This document shows, one piece after another, positions 8,719 to 17,784 of a stretch of DNA of 39,196 bases. The DNA is taken from assembly GCA_040954595.2 (NCBI GenBank), contig JBECUI020000066.1, positions 1-39,196 on the forward strand. Reading direction: 5' to 3'. The notes below the pieces were generated by a model that saw nothing but the letters and a program-made list of their open reading frames with translations, was not told the DNA's origin and did not search any database. The position numbers and the translations under genes are program-made. Position 1 is the stretch's first letter. Each line of letters begins with the position of its first letter. The stretch is from Balanoglossus misakiensis. Taxonomy: Eukaryota; Animalia; Hemichordata.

Positions 8719-10020
8719 TTAAGCCTTGTTTGTATTGTCATCGACCTTGTTAAACTGTTCTTCCTCTGTGGAGCCTGTCAATGCGGTTACTGAAGATTCA
8801 TCTCCTTGGATTACCGTGGTTACATTATCAAAATAGCCGGCGCCGACCTCTTGTTGATGGCTGGCAAAGGTATAGCCACGGTCTGCCGCAGCAAACTCGG
8901 GTTCTTGCACTCTTTCAACATAGGCAGTCATTCCGCGCTGGACATAATCATGCGCCAATTCAAACATATTGAACCACATATTATGGATACCCGCCAACGT
9001 AATGAATTGATATTTATAGCCCATTGCACCTAATTCTTTTTGGAATCTCGCAATATCACTATCGCTTAAATTCTTTTTCCAGTTAAACGAAGGGGAGCAA
9101 TTATAAGCCAATAGCTGTGTCGGATATTTTGCTTTGATGGCCTCTGCAAATTGCTTGGCCTCTTGCAGATCAGGGACTGCGGTCTCACACCACAGTAAGT
9201 CGGCATAGGGTGCATAAGCAAGCCCACGAGAGATCGCCTGCCCAATCCCCGCACGGGTCTCATAAAAGCCCTCGGGAGAGCGCTCACCTGTGATAAATTC
9301 CTTATCGTATTCATCGGCATCTGATGTTAGCAAGGCAGCCGCATTTGCATCGGTACGCGCAAGTACAATCGTAGGAACGCCCATAGTATCTGCCGCAAGG
9401 CGAGCGGCTGTTAGTTTTTGCACTGCCTCTTTTGTAGGGACGAGCACCTTGCCTCCCATGTGTCCGCATTTTTTAACAGAGGCAAGTTGGTCCTCAAAAT
9501 GGACCCCTGCCGCCCCTGCTTCAATCATCGCCTTCATCAATTCGAAGGCATTTAAGACCCCGCCGAAGCCTGCCTCAGCATCGGCAACAATGGGGGCAAA
9601 GAAGTCAATATCGCTGCTACCTTTTGCGTGTTGTATCTCATCGGCGCGTTTGAAGGCGTTGTTGATACGTTTTACCATCACGGGGACGGAATCGACGGCA
9701 TATAAAGATTGGTCGGGGTACATTGTCTCAGAGGTATTGCCGTCTGCCGCAACCTGCCAACCTGATAGGTAAATTGCCCTGACCCCGGCTTTGACTTGCT
9801 GTACCGCCTGTCCGCCGGTAAGCGCACCTAGGCAGTTGACATAGCCTTCTTCATTGACAAGTTTCCATAGTTTTTCAGCACCCCGACGAGCAAGCGTGTG
9901 TTCAATTTGCAAAGAACCGCGCAGTCTCACGACATCAGCTGCTTGGTAATCACGTTTCACATCTTTCCAACGGGGATTGTCTTTCCAGTCTTGTTCCAGT
10001 TTTTTGATTTCTATTTCCAT
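8719..10020 (-). CDS. aceA: Isocitrate lyase
   Basis: [36 protein letters not shown] catalytic motif, [15 protein letters not shown]; AAGGAG RBS. Confidence 0.98.
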   Translation of the reverse strand: MEIEIKKLEQDWKDNPRWKDVKRDYQAADVVRLRGSLQIEHTLARRGAEKLWKLVNEEGYVNCLGALTGGQAVQQVKAGVRAIYLSGWQVAADGNTSETMYPDQSLYAVDSVPVMVKRINNAFKRADEIQHAKGSSDIDFFAPIVADAEAGFGGVLNAFELMKAMIEAGAAGVHFEDQLASVKKCGHMGGKVLVPTKEAVQKLTAARLAADTMGVPTIVLARTDANAAALLTSDADEYDKEFITGERSPEGFYETRAGIGQAISRGLAYAPYADLLWCETAVPDLQEAKQFAEAIKAKYPTQLLAYNCSPSFNWKKNLSDSDIARFQKELGAMGYKYQFITLAGIHNMWFNMFELAHDYVQRGMTAYVERVQEPEFAAADRGYTFASHQQEVGAGYFDNVTTVIQGDESSVTALTGSTEEEQFNKVDDNTNKA

Positions 10021-10300
10021 AGTAAAAACTCCTTAATCTTAGAAAACGTTAGGGTTATGCTTTGCTCGGCTTCTCAAACGAGGACAGAATCTTGGAGGAT
10101 TGTTAAATTGTGCGGCTTCTTAAAAGATCTTCAAAGCACCTTTATCTTAGACTCAGTTCTCCTCCTGTATCAGCCTATTAAAACAAGAAAGGTTGTGTCA
10201 CTTGATCTCCAAAACTAACCACCCACGCAAATGGGAATAAAATTCTACCCAATCTCAATAGAACTATCAAGCCATCACAGTGCAAGCGATATTATCTTTG

Positions 10301-10666
10301 TTAATTTGTGCAGACCTTGATGGCAATATAGGCGAAAAAGAGGCATACATTGCCCATTACAAGCCAAGCGATTTTAGAGCCTTTTTGTTTGCGTTGTTCA
10401 AGCGCGATAAACCGTTGCCTTAGCCTTCTGTCTTTAATATCAAGGTAGCTTTGTTGCTTAAAGAATTGATCAAATGCTCTGCATGCTTCGTTGTTATGGC
10501 GAAGTGAGATATCAAAAATGGACTGAGGGTGGCCTAATTTCTCATTTATGTCAGGATATTTTAAGGTTTCTCTTACTAGGGCATGGGTTTGTAGCATATA
10601 AGCCAGACCAAGCAAGGCAAGCCCCCCTATCAATACCAATGTAATAATCAGCCAATAAATAAGCAT
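10301..10666 (-). CDS. Hypothetical membrane protein (2 TM)
   Basis: 121-aa ORF with hydrophobic N- and C-terminal segments. Confidence 0.6.
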   Translation of the reverse strand: MLIYWLIITLVLIGGLALLGLAYMLQTHALVRETLKYPDINEKLGHPQSIFDISLRHNNEACRAFDQFFKQQSYLDIKDRRLRQRFIALEQRKQKGSKIAWLVMGNVCLFFAYIAIKVCTN

Positions 10667-10791
10667 ATGCTTTCTTTATAGATCATGAGATTGCAATAGT
10701 ATACAGAAAATAGGTAATATCAGCTAACTGCAGTTTACTCTTAAGCTCGGTGTGCGCAGGTTTTTTTGATAACGGAGAATTAGACCACAGC

Positions 10792-10968
10792 ATGAGCACT
10801 AAATTTTTTACCAACAAAGACCAAAACACCTTGTTTAACAAGCTAGAGGCGATTGAGCCTTTGATGGTACGCCGTACTCGCATGGATCTATTAAAAAACA
10901 AACAGGCATATGCCTTGTATGGATTAAGCGATGAAGAGATAGAAGTTGTGGAGGGGAGTAAGAGATGA
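10792..10968 (+). pseudogene. Chimeric relic: N-terminus and internal piece of a PLD/SNF2-type helicase fused to the C-terminal tail of a Type IIG (Eco57I/TaqI-like) R-M enzyme
   Basis: MSTKFFTNKDQNTLFNKL + LMVRRTRMDLLK + AYALYGLSDEEIEVVEG; GGAG RBS before ATG 10792; families recognised from memory. Confidence 0.6.
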
Positions 10969-10984
10969 GCAAAAATAACCCTAT

Positions 10985-12025
10985 ATGTTAAAAAATAAAA
11001 TAAGAGCAATAGATTTTTTCTGTGGTGGTGGTGGTATGTCCTACGGCATGAAAGAAGCGGGAATCGATATTATTGCTGGTATTGACTTTGATGTTGCTTG
11101 CAAAGAGACTTACGAAAAAAACAATATTGGTTCTCAATTTCTACACAAAGACCTTACACAATATCAACCAACAGATTTGGCAAAAGATACGGGCATAAAA
11201 AAAGATGATGACAACTTAATATTTATCGGCTGTAGTCCGTGTCAGTTTTGGAGTATTATTCAGACTTCCAAACAAAAATCGAAGAAGTCAAAAAACCTCT
11301 TACGAGACTTTCATCGTTTTGTAAAGCATTTTAACCCTGGCTATGTGGTTATTGAAAATGTTCCGGGTATTAGTGCCAAAAAAGAAGAGAGCGGTTTAAC
11401 CTCATTTATTACATGGCTTGAATCTAATAAGTATGAAGTACACCGCAGTATCATTAATATGAATGATTACGGCGTTCCGCAAACTAGACGGAGGTTCTCT
11501 CTAATAGCCTCCAGAGTAGGCGGCATCCAATTACCGCAAAAAGATAAACTTAGATACACAGTAAATGATTTTATAGGAACGCATAACGGCTTTCCGAAGA
11601 TACCGGCAGGACATAAAGATGGCAGCAATTTTCTGCATACATGCGCAGGACTAAAAGATATCAGCATTCGCAGGCTTCAAAAAGTTGAAGAGAATGGAGG
11701 GGGAAGGCTTGGCTTTGCAGATGACGCAGCACTACAGTTACCTTGTTATACAGGCAAAGACAAATCTTTCCCGGATAACTTTGGAAGGCTAGCTTGGAAT
11801 AAGCCATCTTCTACGATCACAACAAAATTCTTTTCTATTTCATGCGGACGCTTTGCCCACCCAGAAGAGAACAGGGCTTTATCGTTGCGAGAAGGGGCGA
11901 CTTTACAGACCTTTCCGAAAACGTACAAATTTTACGGTAACAGTATCGGGACAATCTCCCGAATAATAGGCAACGCCGTGCCACCGGAATACGCAAGGAG
12001 AATAGGCAAAACCATTAAAGGATAA
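10985..12025 (+). CDS. DNA (cytosine-5) methyltransferase
   Basis: Motif I DFFCGGGG, IV GCSPCQ, VI ENV, VIII QTRRR, IX REGATLQTFP, X IGNAVPP. Confidence 0.96.
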   Translation: MLKNKIRAIDFFCGGGGMSYGMKEAGIDIIAGIDFDVACKETYEKNNIGSQFLHKDLTQYQPTDLAKDTGIKKDDDNLIFIGCSPCQFWSIIQTSKQKSKKSKNLLRDFHRFVKHFNPGYVVIENVPGISAKKEESGLTSFITWLESNKYEVHRSIINMNDYGVPQTRRRFSLIASRVGGIQLPQKDKLRYTVNDFIGTHNGFPKIPAGHKDGSNFLHTCAGLKDISIRRLQKVEENGGGRLGFADDAALQLPCYTGKDKSFPDNFGRLAWNKPSSTITTKFFSISCGRFAHPEENRALSLREGATLQTFPKTYKFYGNSIGTISRIIGNAVPPEYARRIGKTIKG

Positions 12026-12029
12026 TATT

Positions 12030-13696
12030 ATGGAAAATAAACAATTAGAATTACGATTTGATCCTAAGACAATAAAACATTTAGGTGTTCGAATGTATTC
12101 CACTTTGCCGCCCGCCCTTGCCGAGTTAATTTCAAACTCCTATGATGCCGACGCTGAAAATGTTGAAATTACGTTGACTGAAGAAAATGGCAGTCCAAAA
12201 AACATAATTGTAAAAGATAATGGTACAGGGCTATCATATGAAGAAATACAGGAAAAATTTTTAATAATAGGCAGAAATCGACGAGAAGAAGAAGGAGATA
12301 GACGGTCACCAAAGCATAAGAGACTTCCAACAGGCAAAAAAGGACTCGGTAAACTTGCACTTTTCGGTTTAGCGGAAACTATAACAATTTCAACCTTCCA
12401 AAATGGAAAACTTAATAAATTTATTCTTGACTGGAATAGATTAATGGAAGCCGAAGGAAGTTATCAACCTGACATAATTGAAACAGATAGAGATACAAAC
12501 GAAAAAACGGGACAACTATTTCATTAACTGGGCTCAAAAGAAAATCTGCTTTTGACCCCGAAAGTTTGGCAGATAGCTTATCGAAAATATTCATTTTTGA
12601 TGATAATTTTAAGGTAGTTATCAAAACAACACCTTCCAATGACGAAATTGAAATAACCAATGAGAGAAAATACACCTTATTTGAAAAAGAATTTGAATGG
12701 GATTTAGAAGGTGGAGGTTCTCTATTTCCAGACGATTCAGGATATGTAGATAAATTATCGGGAAAATTGATGACAGCCTTAAAGCCCATTAAACCATCGT
12801 CTGGACTTAGAGGGATTACTCTTTTTTCAAGAGGGAAAATGGTTAATGCTCCTGAATTTTTCTCAAATAGTACTTCAAGTCATTTTTTCCAATACCTTAC
12901 AGGATGGATACATGTTGATTTTATCGATACACTAGAAGACGATGTTATCTCTACAAATCGTCAATCAATAGATTGGGAACATCTTGAAATGGAAAAATTA
13001 AAGGAATGTCTTTCTCATATAATTTCTCAAGTAAATATTAAGTGGCGAGCAAAACGTAAAGAAAAAAAGAGTAAAGAAGTAAAAGATAAAACTGGAATTG
13101 ATGTAAAAAATTGGACTGACACAATGCCAGACGATGTTAAAAAAAATGCAAATGCAATTATAGACAAATTAAATCAAGAAGATGCTATACCAACGATTAA
13201 TCTAATAATTAAAGCTCTCTACGAAATAATACCAGAATACCCTTCTCTTCATTGGAGGCATTTGCATGAGACGATCCAAACTTCCTCTGAACAATACTAC
13301 AAAGACGAAAATTATTATACTGCTTTTTCAGAAGCTATGAAAAAATACGTAAATGAAGTTCAAAACAAATCAAATGTTCTAAATTGTAAGGAGACGGACT
13401 TAATGGGAAAAGTCTTTTCAGCCCAAAACACAATATTAGATGTAGCAGCAAAATATAAAAAGCCGGACAACACGGAATTTTCAGATCGTACAAAACAAAA
13501 TATTCAAGACGGACAAATGAAGCTTTCACAAGGAGTTATTGCAGGGGGACGTAACCCTCTTTCTCATGAAGAAATAGAAGATCTAAAAGGATCGGGTTTG
13601 TTTTCGGAAAAGGATTGTTTGGATATGCTGAGCTTACTGTCGCATCTTTTTAAACGATTGGAAGAGTCCATAAAAACACAAGAACAAAATGCCTGA
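12030..13696 (+). CDS. GHKL (MORC-like) ATPase fused to a C-terminal TIGR02391/Ymh (HEPN-like) domain; split by a 1-bp deletion at the A6 run 12502-12507
   Basis: ELISNSYDADA, DNGTG, GKKGLGKLA; adding one A restores EKNGTTISLTGLKRK (G3 motif) and joins both ORFs; C-terminus YYTAFSEAMK..DLMGKVFS..GVIAGGRNPLSHE (RxxxxH). Confidence 0.85.
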
Positions 13697-14111
13697 CATC
13701 TTCACCCCTGAAAAACGAAGCAATGTTATGTCGAAAATTTCCGGCAAAGATACCAAGCTAGAAATTATCGTCCGAAAATATCTTTTTGCCAAAGGTTGCC
13801 AGTATAGAAAAAATGTAAAAGACCTTCCAGGGAAACCCGATATAGTATTACCGAAATATAAAACGGTTATCTTTATTCACGGTTGCTTTTGGCATGGACA
13901 TGATTGCAAAAGAGGCAAACTTCCGGAAACAAACCACGAATTTTGGAAGAAAAAAATAGTGGACAATATGGAAAGAGATAAACGAAACACGGACGATTTA
14001 AGAAAACGCGGGTGGCGTGTATTAACGGTGTGGCAGTGTGAATTATCATCTCCGTACATATTAGAGACAATGAATAAGATGAATAAGGTAATTGAACGCC
14101 GCTTCATCTAG
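13689..14111 (+). CDS. vsr: Very short patch repair endonuclease
   Basis: MPDIFTPEKRSNVMSKI, DTKLE, LPGKPDIVL, FIHGCFWHGH, FWKKKI..N..RD, GWRVLTVWQCE; 8-bp overlap with ATPase gene. Confidence 0.96.
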   Translation: MPDIFTPEKRSNVMSKISGKDTKLEIIVRKYLFAKGCQYRKNVKDLPGKPDIVLPKYKTVIFIHGCFWHGHDCKRGKLPETNHEFWKKKIVDNMERDKRNTDDLRKRGWRVLTVWQCELSSPYILETMNKMNKVIERRFI

Positions 14112-14220
14112 CCATACCTAATCGTCAATATAAAATTCCTACAATAAAGGATAAAGGCGTTCTTGCTCTTAGCCTCCTCTATCGGTCGGCGCATATGATT
14201 GACCTTTTCCATCTTTCGGC

Positions 14221-14325
14221 AAGGAAAGGGGCGAGGATACAAGCGAGCTAGAATGGCAGATTGATAGCAGGGTCTGTCAGCTATACGGCTTGACCGAAGA
14301 GAAGATTGGGGTGGTGGTGGGGAGA
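14221..14325 (+). pseudogene. Second copy of the Type IIG R-M C-terminal tail
   Basis: Reads KERGEDTSELEWQIDSRVCQLYGLTEEKIGVVVGR in one frame with no in-frame start nearby; homologous to 10906-10968. Confidence 0.7.
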
Positions 14326-14377
14326 GTAATCCTCAACACGAAGACGCAAGAGACATGAAGGGCAAAGACATAAGAAC

Positions 14378-16054
14378 ATGACAGAAAAGAACATCGCCGC
14401 CATTAGAGAAGAAAAGAACGCCATCGTCTATACCTACGATGATGACACTACGGCGCATTTTCCTATCCAACAAGACGATCAGGGCAGGTATATAGAGGAT
14501 AGCGCAGAAAAACACACCGTAAAACGCTACCTAATCACCCAAGAAGAGATAGACCAAAAATATAACAACAACGATTTTAATTTTTCCCAGTGTATCTTTG
14601 TAGAAGATGCCAATTTTCAGCGGGCACAATTCAGCGGCACTGCCAATTTTTGGCAGGTAAAATTCAGCGGCAAAGCCAATTTTCAGCGGGCACGATTCAG
14701 CGAGGTTGCCGATTTTATAGAAGCGCAATTCAGCGGGGATGTCAGTTTTTGGCAGGCACAATTCAACGGGGATGCCAATTTTGAGCGGGCACAATTCAGC
14801 GGCAATGCCGGTTTTACAGAAGCACAATTCAGCGGATATGTCGTTTTCTCAAATGTAGAATTTAACGAGTCTGCCGATTTTAAGTGGGCACAATTCAGCG
14901 GGGATGCCGATTTTAAGTGGGCACAATTCAACGGGGATGCCAATTTTGAGCGGGCACAATTCAGCGGCAATGCCGGTTTTACAGAAGCACAATTCAGCGG
15001 ATATGTCGTTTTCTCAAATGTAGAATTTAACGAGTCTGCCGATTTTAAGTGGGCACAATTCAGCGGGGATGCCGATTTTAAGTGGGCACAATTCAGCGGG
15101 GATGCCAATTTTGCAGAGGCACAATTCAGCAAGGATGCCGATTTTAATCTGGCACAATTCAGCAAGGATGCCGATTTTGAGTGGGTACAATTCAGCGGCA
15201 AAGCCAATTTTCAGCGGGCACAATTCAGCAAGGATGCCAATTTTCAGCGGGCACAATTCAGCGGCACTGCCAATTTTTGGCAGGTAAAATTCAGCGGCAA
15301 AGCCAATTTTCAGCGGGCACGATTCAGCGAGGTTGCCGATTTTATAGAAGCGCAATTCAGCGAGGTTGCCGATTTTCAGCGGGCAAAATTCAGTGGACAA
15401 GCTAGTTTTAACAAAGCACAATTCAGTAGCAAAGCCAATTTTTACCTAACCGACATAGATACATTTCTCTTTGAAAAGGTCAATCAGCTAACAGATAAAG
15501 AAGTTAATAAAAAGGATGACAAATCAACAGGGAAAGAAGTTAATACAAAAGGTGGCCAACCAACAAAGAACTTCTCTCTTGACCTAAAATCCGCCCTAAT
15601 CGGCAGAATGACCTATGGCGAGACAGATATAAGCATAGAGCAGGCGGCAAATCGGGAGACCTTTACCGTCTTGAAGAATATCGCCATCAAGCAGAGCGAC
15701 CATATCACCGCCCTAGATTTCTATAAAAAAGAGATGGAAAAGCATTATTGCGAGTTGCAAGAAGGGCGCGGGGATATTGAGAATAAACTTATTCTAAGGT
15801 TTGAGAAGGCAGTGAGTAATTACGGCACGAGTGCGTGGCGGTCAATATCTTGGTTTTGCGGTTTTAATGCACTAATGATTCTTTTGTATTGTGTTTTTTG
15901 TAAAAGCGATGCCGGAACAGTGATTGGATTGATTATCCCGCTTAAGGTGTCTGTAGATGAGTTTACCGTATGGCATGCCATCACCTTAATAGTAAACCCC
16001 ATTTTGCTTTACGAAATCATCAAGTCTTTTAGAAAATACTCACGCAAATTATAA
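14378..16054 (+). CDS. Pentapeptide-repeat (11-aa unit) protein with C-terminal transmembrane helices
   Basis: 25 units of xA(N/D)FxxAQFSG; C-terminal SNYGTSAWRSISWF followed by 2-3 hydrophobic segments. Confidence 0.88.
   Translation: MTEKNIAAIREEKNAIVYTYDDDTTAHFPIQQDDQGRYIEDSAEKHTVKRYLITQEEIDQKYNNNDFNFSQCIFVEDANFQRAQFSGTANFWQVKFSGKANFQRARFSEVADFIEAQFSGDVSFWQAQFNGDANFERAQFSGNAGFTEAQFSGYVVFSNVEFNESADFKWAQFSGDADFKWAQFNGDANFERAQFSGNAGFTEAQFSGYVVFSNVEFNESADFKWAQFSGDADFKWAQFSGDANFAEAQFSKDADFNLAQFSKDADFEWVQFSGKANFQRAQFSKDANFQRAQFSGTANFWQVKFSGKANFQRARFSEVADFIEAQFSEVADFQRAKFSGQASFNKAQFSSKANFYLTDIDTFLFEKVNQLTDKEVNKKDDKSTGKEVNTKGGQPTKNFSLDLKSALIGRMTYGETDISIEQAANRETFTVLKNIAIKQSDHITALDFYKKEMEKHYCELQEGRGDIENKLILRFEKAVSNYGTSAWRSISWFCGFNALMILLYCVFCKSDAGTVIGLIIPLKVSVDEFTVWHAITLIVNPILLYEIIKSFRKYSRKL
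14606..15430 (+). repeat. In-frame 33-bp tandem repeat array (25 units) with higher-order duplications
   Basis: 165-bp (5-unit) tandem duplication 14756-14920/14921-15085; 130-bp exact repeat 14606-14735 = 15233-15362 (offset 627 = 19 x 33). Confidence 0.92.
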
Positions 16055-16078
16055 TCTGCTTGATTTGACAAATTAGGC

Positions 16079-16161
16079 AAGAAGCAGGACACAAAGCGGC
16101 TTGCAAGCGCGATAAACTAGGCCCACAGCTTCATGCCTTGACAAAAGGGGATTTAATTGAG
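16079..16161 (+). pseudogene. Third, degenerate copy of the Type IIG C-terminal tail
   Basis: KKQDTKRLASAIN* then, after a frameshift, QLHALTKGDLIE; aligns codon by codon with EDTSELEWQID..QLYGLTEEKI. Confidence 0.45.
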
Positions 16162-16219
16162 AATAGCAAGCCTAGCCCCTCGTTTTTATTAGCCGCAACC
16201 CCCTGCGCGCTGTTTGAGG

Positions 16220-16351
16220 ATGGCAAGCCTAGTTTGTCTATCAAAAAATACAAAAAATCATAAACAAACTATTTTGTCTATCAGACATGATAAACAAATC
16301 CTTTTGTCTATCAAAAATCAATTAAAATCATAAACAAACTATTTTGTTTGC
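16220..16351. promoter_or_regulatory. Array of palindromic operator-like sites upstream of fic
   Basis: ATAAACAAA-N4-TTTGTCTAT at 16260 and 16290, a variant ending TTTGTTTGC at 16330, and a half site at 16233; spacings 40/30/40 bp; followed by TGGTATTTT (-10-like) and AAGGAG RBS. Confidence 0.65.
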
Positions 16352-16395
16352 GCAGAATGTGGTATTTTAATGGATAAATTAAGAGGAATAAGGAG

Positions 16396-17514
16396 ATGAA
16401 TATCAATCTCAGCAATGCTGTTCAGTATCATTATGGCAAGTTTCCACCCAAACAATTAGATTACGCCAAACTGATTGACCCTATCACTAAAGCCACTGCG
16501 GCATTGGCACGTTATGATCAGATGCTCAAGAATTTACATAATAGCGACATTCTATTAGCGCCACTTAGAAATCGCGAAGCCGTATCAACCTCAAGAATGG
16601 AAGGCACGATTAGCACGCTTGATGAAATTTTACAATACGAAGCACAGGAACAACAAACACAAAAAAACGCTAGGAACGATGTAGTAGAAACAATACTCTA
16701 TCGGTACGCTTTAACCGAGACCCAAGACGCCATGCTGAATAAGGGATCCCCGTTATCCTCTTTTTTGTTACGTAGTGCCCACCAAAGATTATTGTCATTT
16801 GGCAGGGGCGAGCATAAAAACCCCGGCCAATTCAAGACAGAACAAAATTATTTAACCGATAGCAGTAGAGCAAATGTTTTATTCATACCAATCGCCCCCG
16901 AACATTTGGAGCAAAATATGGATAATCTACTGGCTTATATTAAAGACAGCAAAGAAATCCCACTGATTAAAATCGCTATTGCTCATATTGAATTTGAGGC
17001 TTTACACCCATTTAAGGATGGCAACGGGCGTATTGGCAGGATGCTCATCACACTGATGCTTTGGGATTTAGGTTTAATCTCCGCACCGCATTTTTATATG
17101 AGCAGTTATTTAGAAGAGCACAGAAGTTTATATATCGATACGATGAGAAACGTATCAAAAGATAATAATTGGGATGATTGGTGTGTTTTCTTTTTGAATG
17201 CCGTAGAGCAACAATCCGTTAGAAATTTAGAAATTGCCGAACACATCAACACACTTTACAAGGAAATGAAACAATCTCTTTCAGAATTATTACCATCTAA
17301 GTATGGCATTCAAGTATTGGACTTACTGTTTACCATGCCCATTTTTAAGAATCGTCATTTGGCTGAAAAAATTGAAGGCGTATCAAAACAAAATGCCGCA
17401 CGATTGACTAAATTGTTAGCACAAGAGAATATCATCAAGACAATTGAACCTCAGTCAGGACGACGAGGGGCATTATATTGCTTTGAGGAATTATTAAAAT
17501 TAGTCAGAGTATAA
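16396..17514 (+). CDS. Fic family protein (class II, N-terminal inhibitory helix, probable C-terminal wHTH)
   Basis: HPFKDGNGRIGR canonical Fic motif; TSRMEG = (S/T)xxxE(G/N); C-terminal ...SGRRGALYCFEELL. Confidence 0.93.
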   Translation: MNINLSNAVQYHYGKFPPKQLDYAKLIDPITKATAALARYDQMLKNLHNSDILLAPLRNREAVSTSRMEGTISTLDEILQYEAQEQQTQKNARNDVVETILYRYALTETQDAMLNKGSPLSSFLLRSAHQRLLSFGRGEHKNPGQFKTEQNYLTDSSRANVLFIPIAPEHLEQNMDNLLAYIKDSKEIPLIKIAIAHIEFEALHPFKDGNGRIGRMLITLMLWDLGLISAPHFYMSSYLEEHRSLYIDTMRNVSKDNNWDDWCVFFLNAVEQQSVRNLEIAEHINTLYKEMKQSLSELLPSKYGIQVLDLLFTMPIFKNRHLAEKIEGVSKQNAARLTKLLAQENIIKTIEPQSGRRGALYCFEELLKLVRV

Positions 17515-17564
17515 AAGAAAGAATGATAGAGAGACCACTCCTACTTGAGGGGCAAATACAACGG

Positions 17565-17587
17565 TTTCCCGCTTTCGTGAGAATGAG
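17565..17587. repeat. Degenerate REP-like element (TTCCCGCTTTCGTGAGAATGA)
   Basis: Resembles the widespread ATTCCCGCxTTCGCGGGAATGAC extragenic hairpin; single copy in window. Confidence 0.3.
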
Positions 17588-17784
17588 GTAGTCACATCCC
17601 CCTTTCTTTAAGGAATGGCAGGGTGAGAATATCCCGACTGCTAGCAGCATGGGAGTTCCTTTTTATATTACTAGGCACTATAAATCGCATATCCCAACCC
17701 GGGAGAGTTGAAAGATTCAAAAAATTAAGCGATGGGCAGGAAGGAGGCGCTTAGCAGTAACGCGCCCTAGAAGATTATCCTTTT

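Noticed and set aside
4429-10218. Plus-strand ORFs antisense to fhc and aceA (e.g. 9290-9772, 4871-5254)
   Set aside because: Shadow ORFs of conserved genes with no motifs or RBS
10683-11009. 108-aa minus-strand ORF
   Set aside because: Antisense to the helicase/Type IIG relic and overlaps the MTase start; no recognisable features
14606-15430. 33-bp periodic repeat as a CRISPR array
   Set aside because: Units are contiguous, in frame and lack unique spacers; fully explained by the 11-aa protein repeat; no cas genes in the window
16233-16351. Mini-CRISPR or iteron origin
   Set aside because: Periods of 30-40 bp leave no room for repeat plus spacer; sites are dyads over a promoter; no rep gene
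10750-17700. Integron, prophage or transposon
   Set aside because: No integrase, transposase, tRNA target, attC-like structure or terminal repeats seen
17745-17770. Rho-independent terminator after gspD
   Set aside because: Hairpin is imperfect (GGCGC-TTA...TAA-C-GCGCC) with no convincing U-tract adjacent
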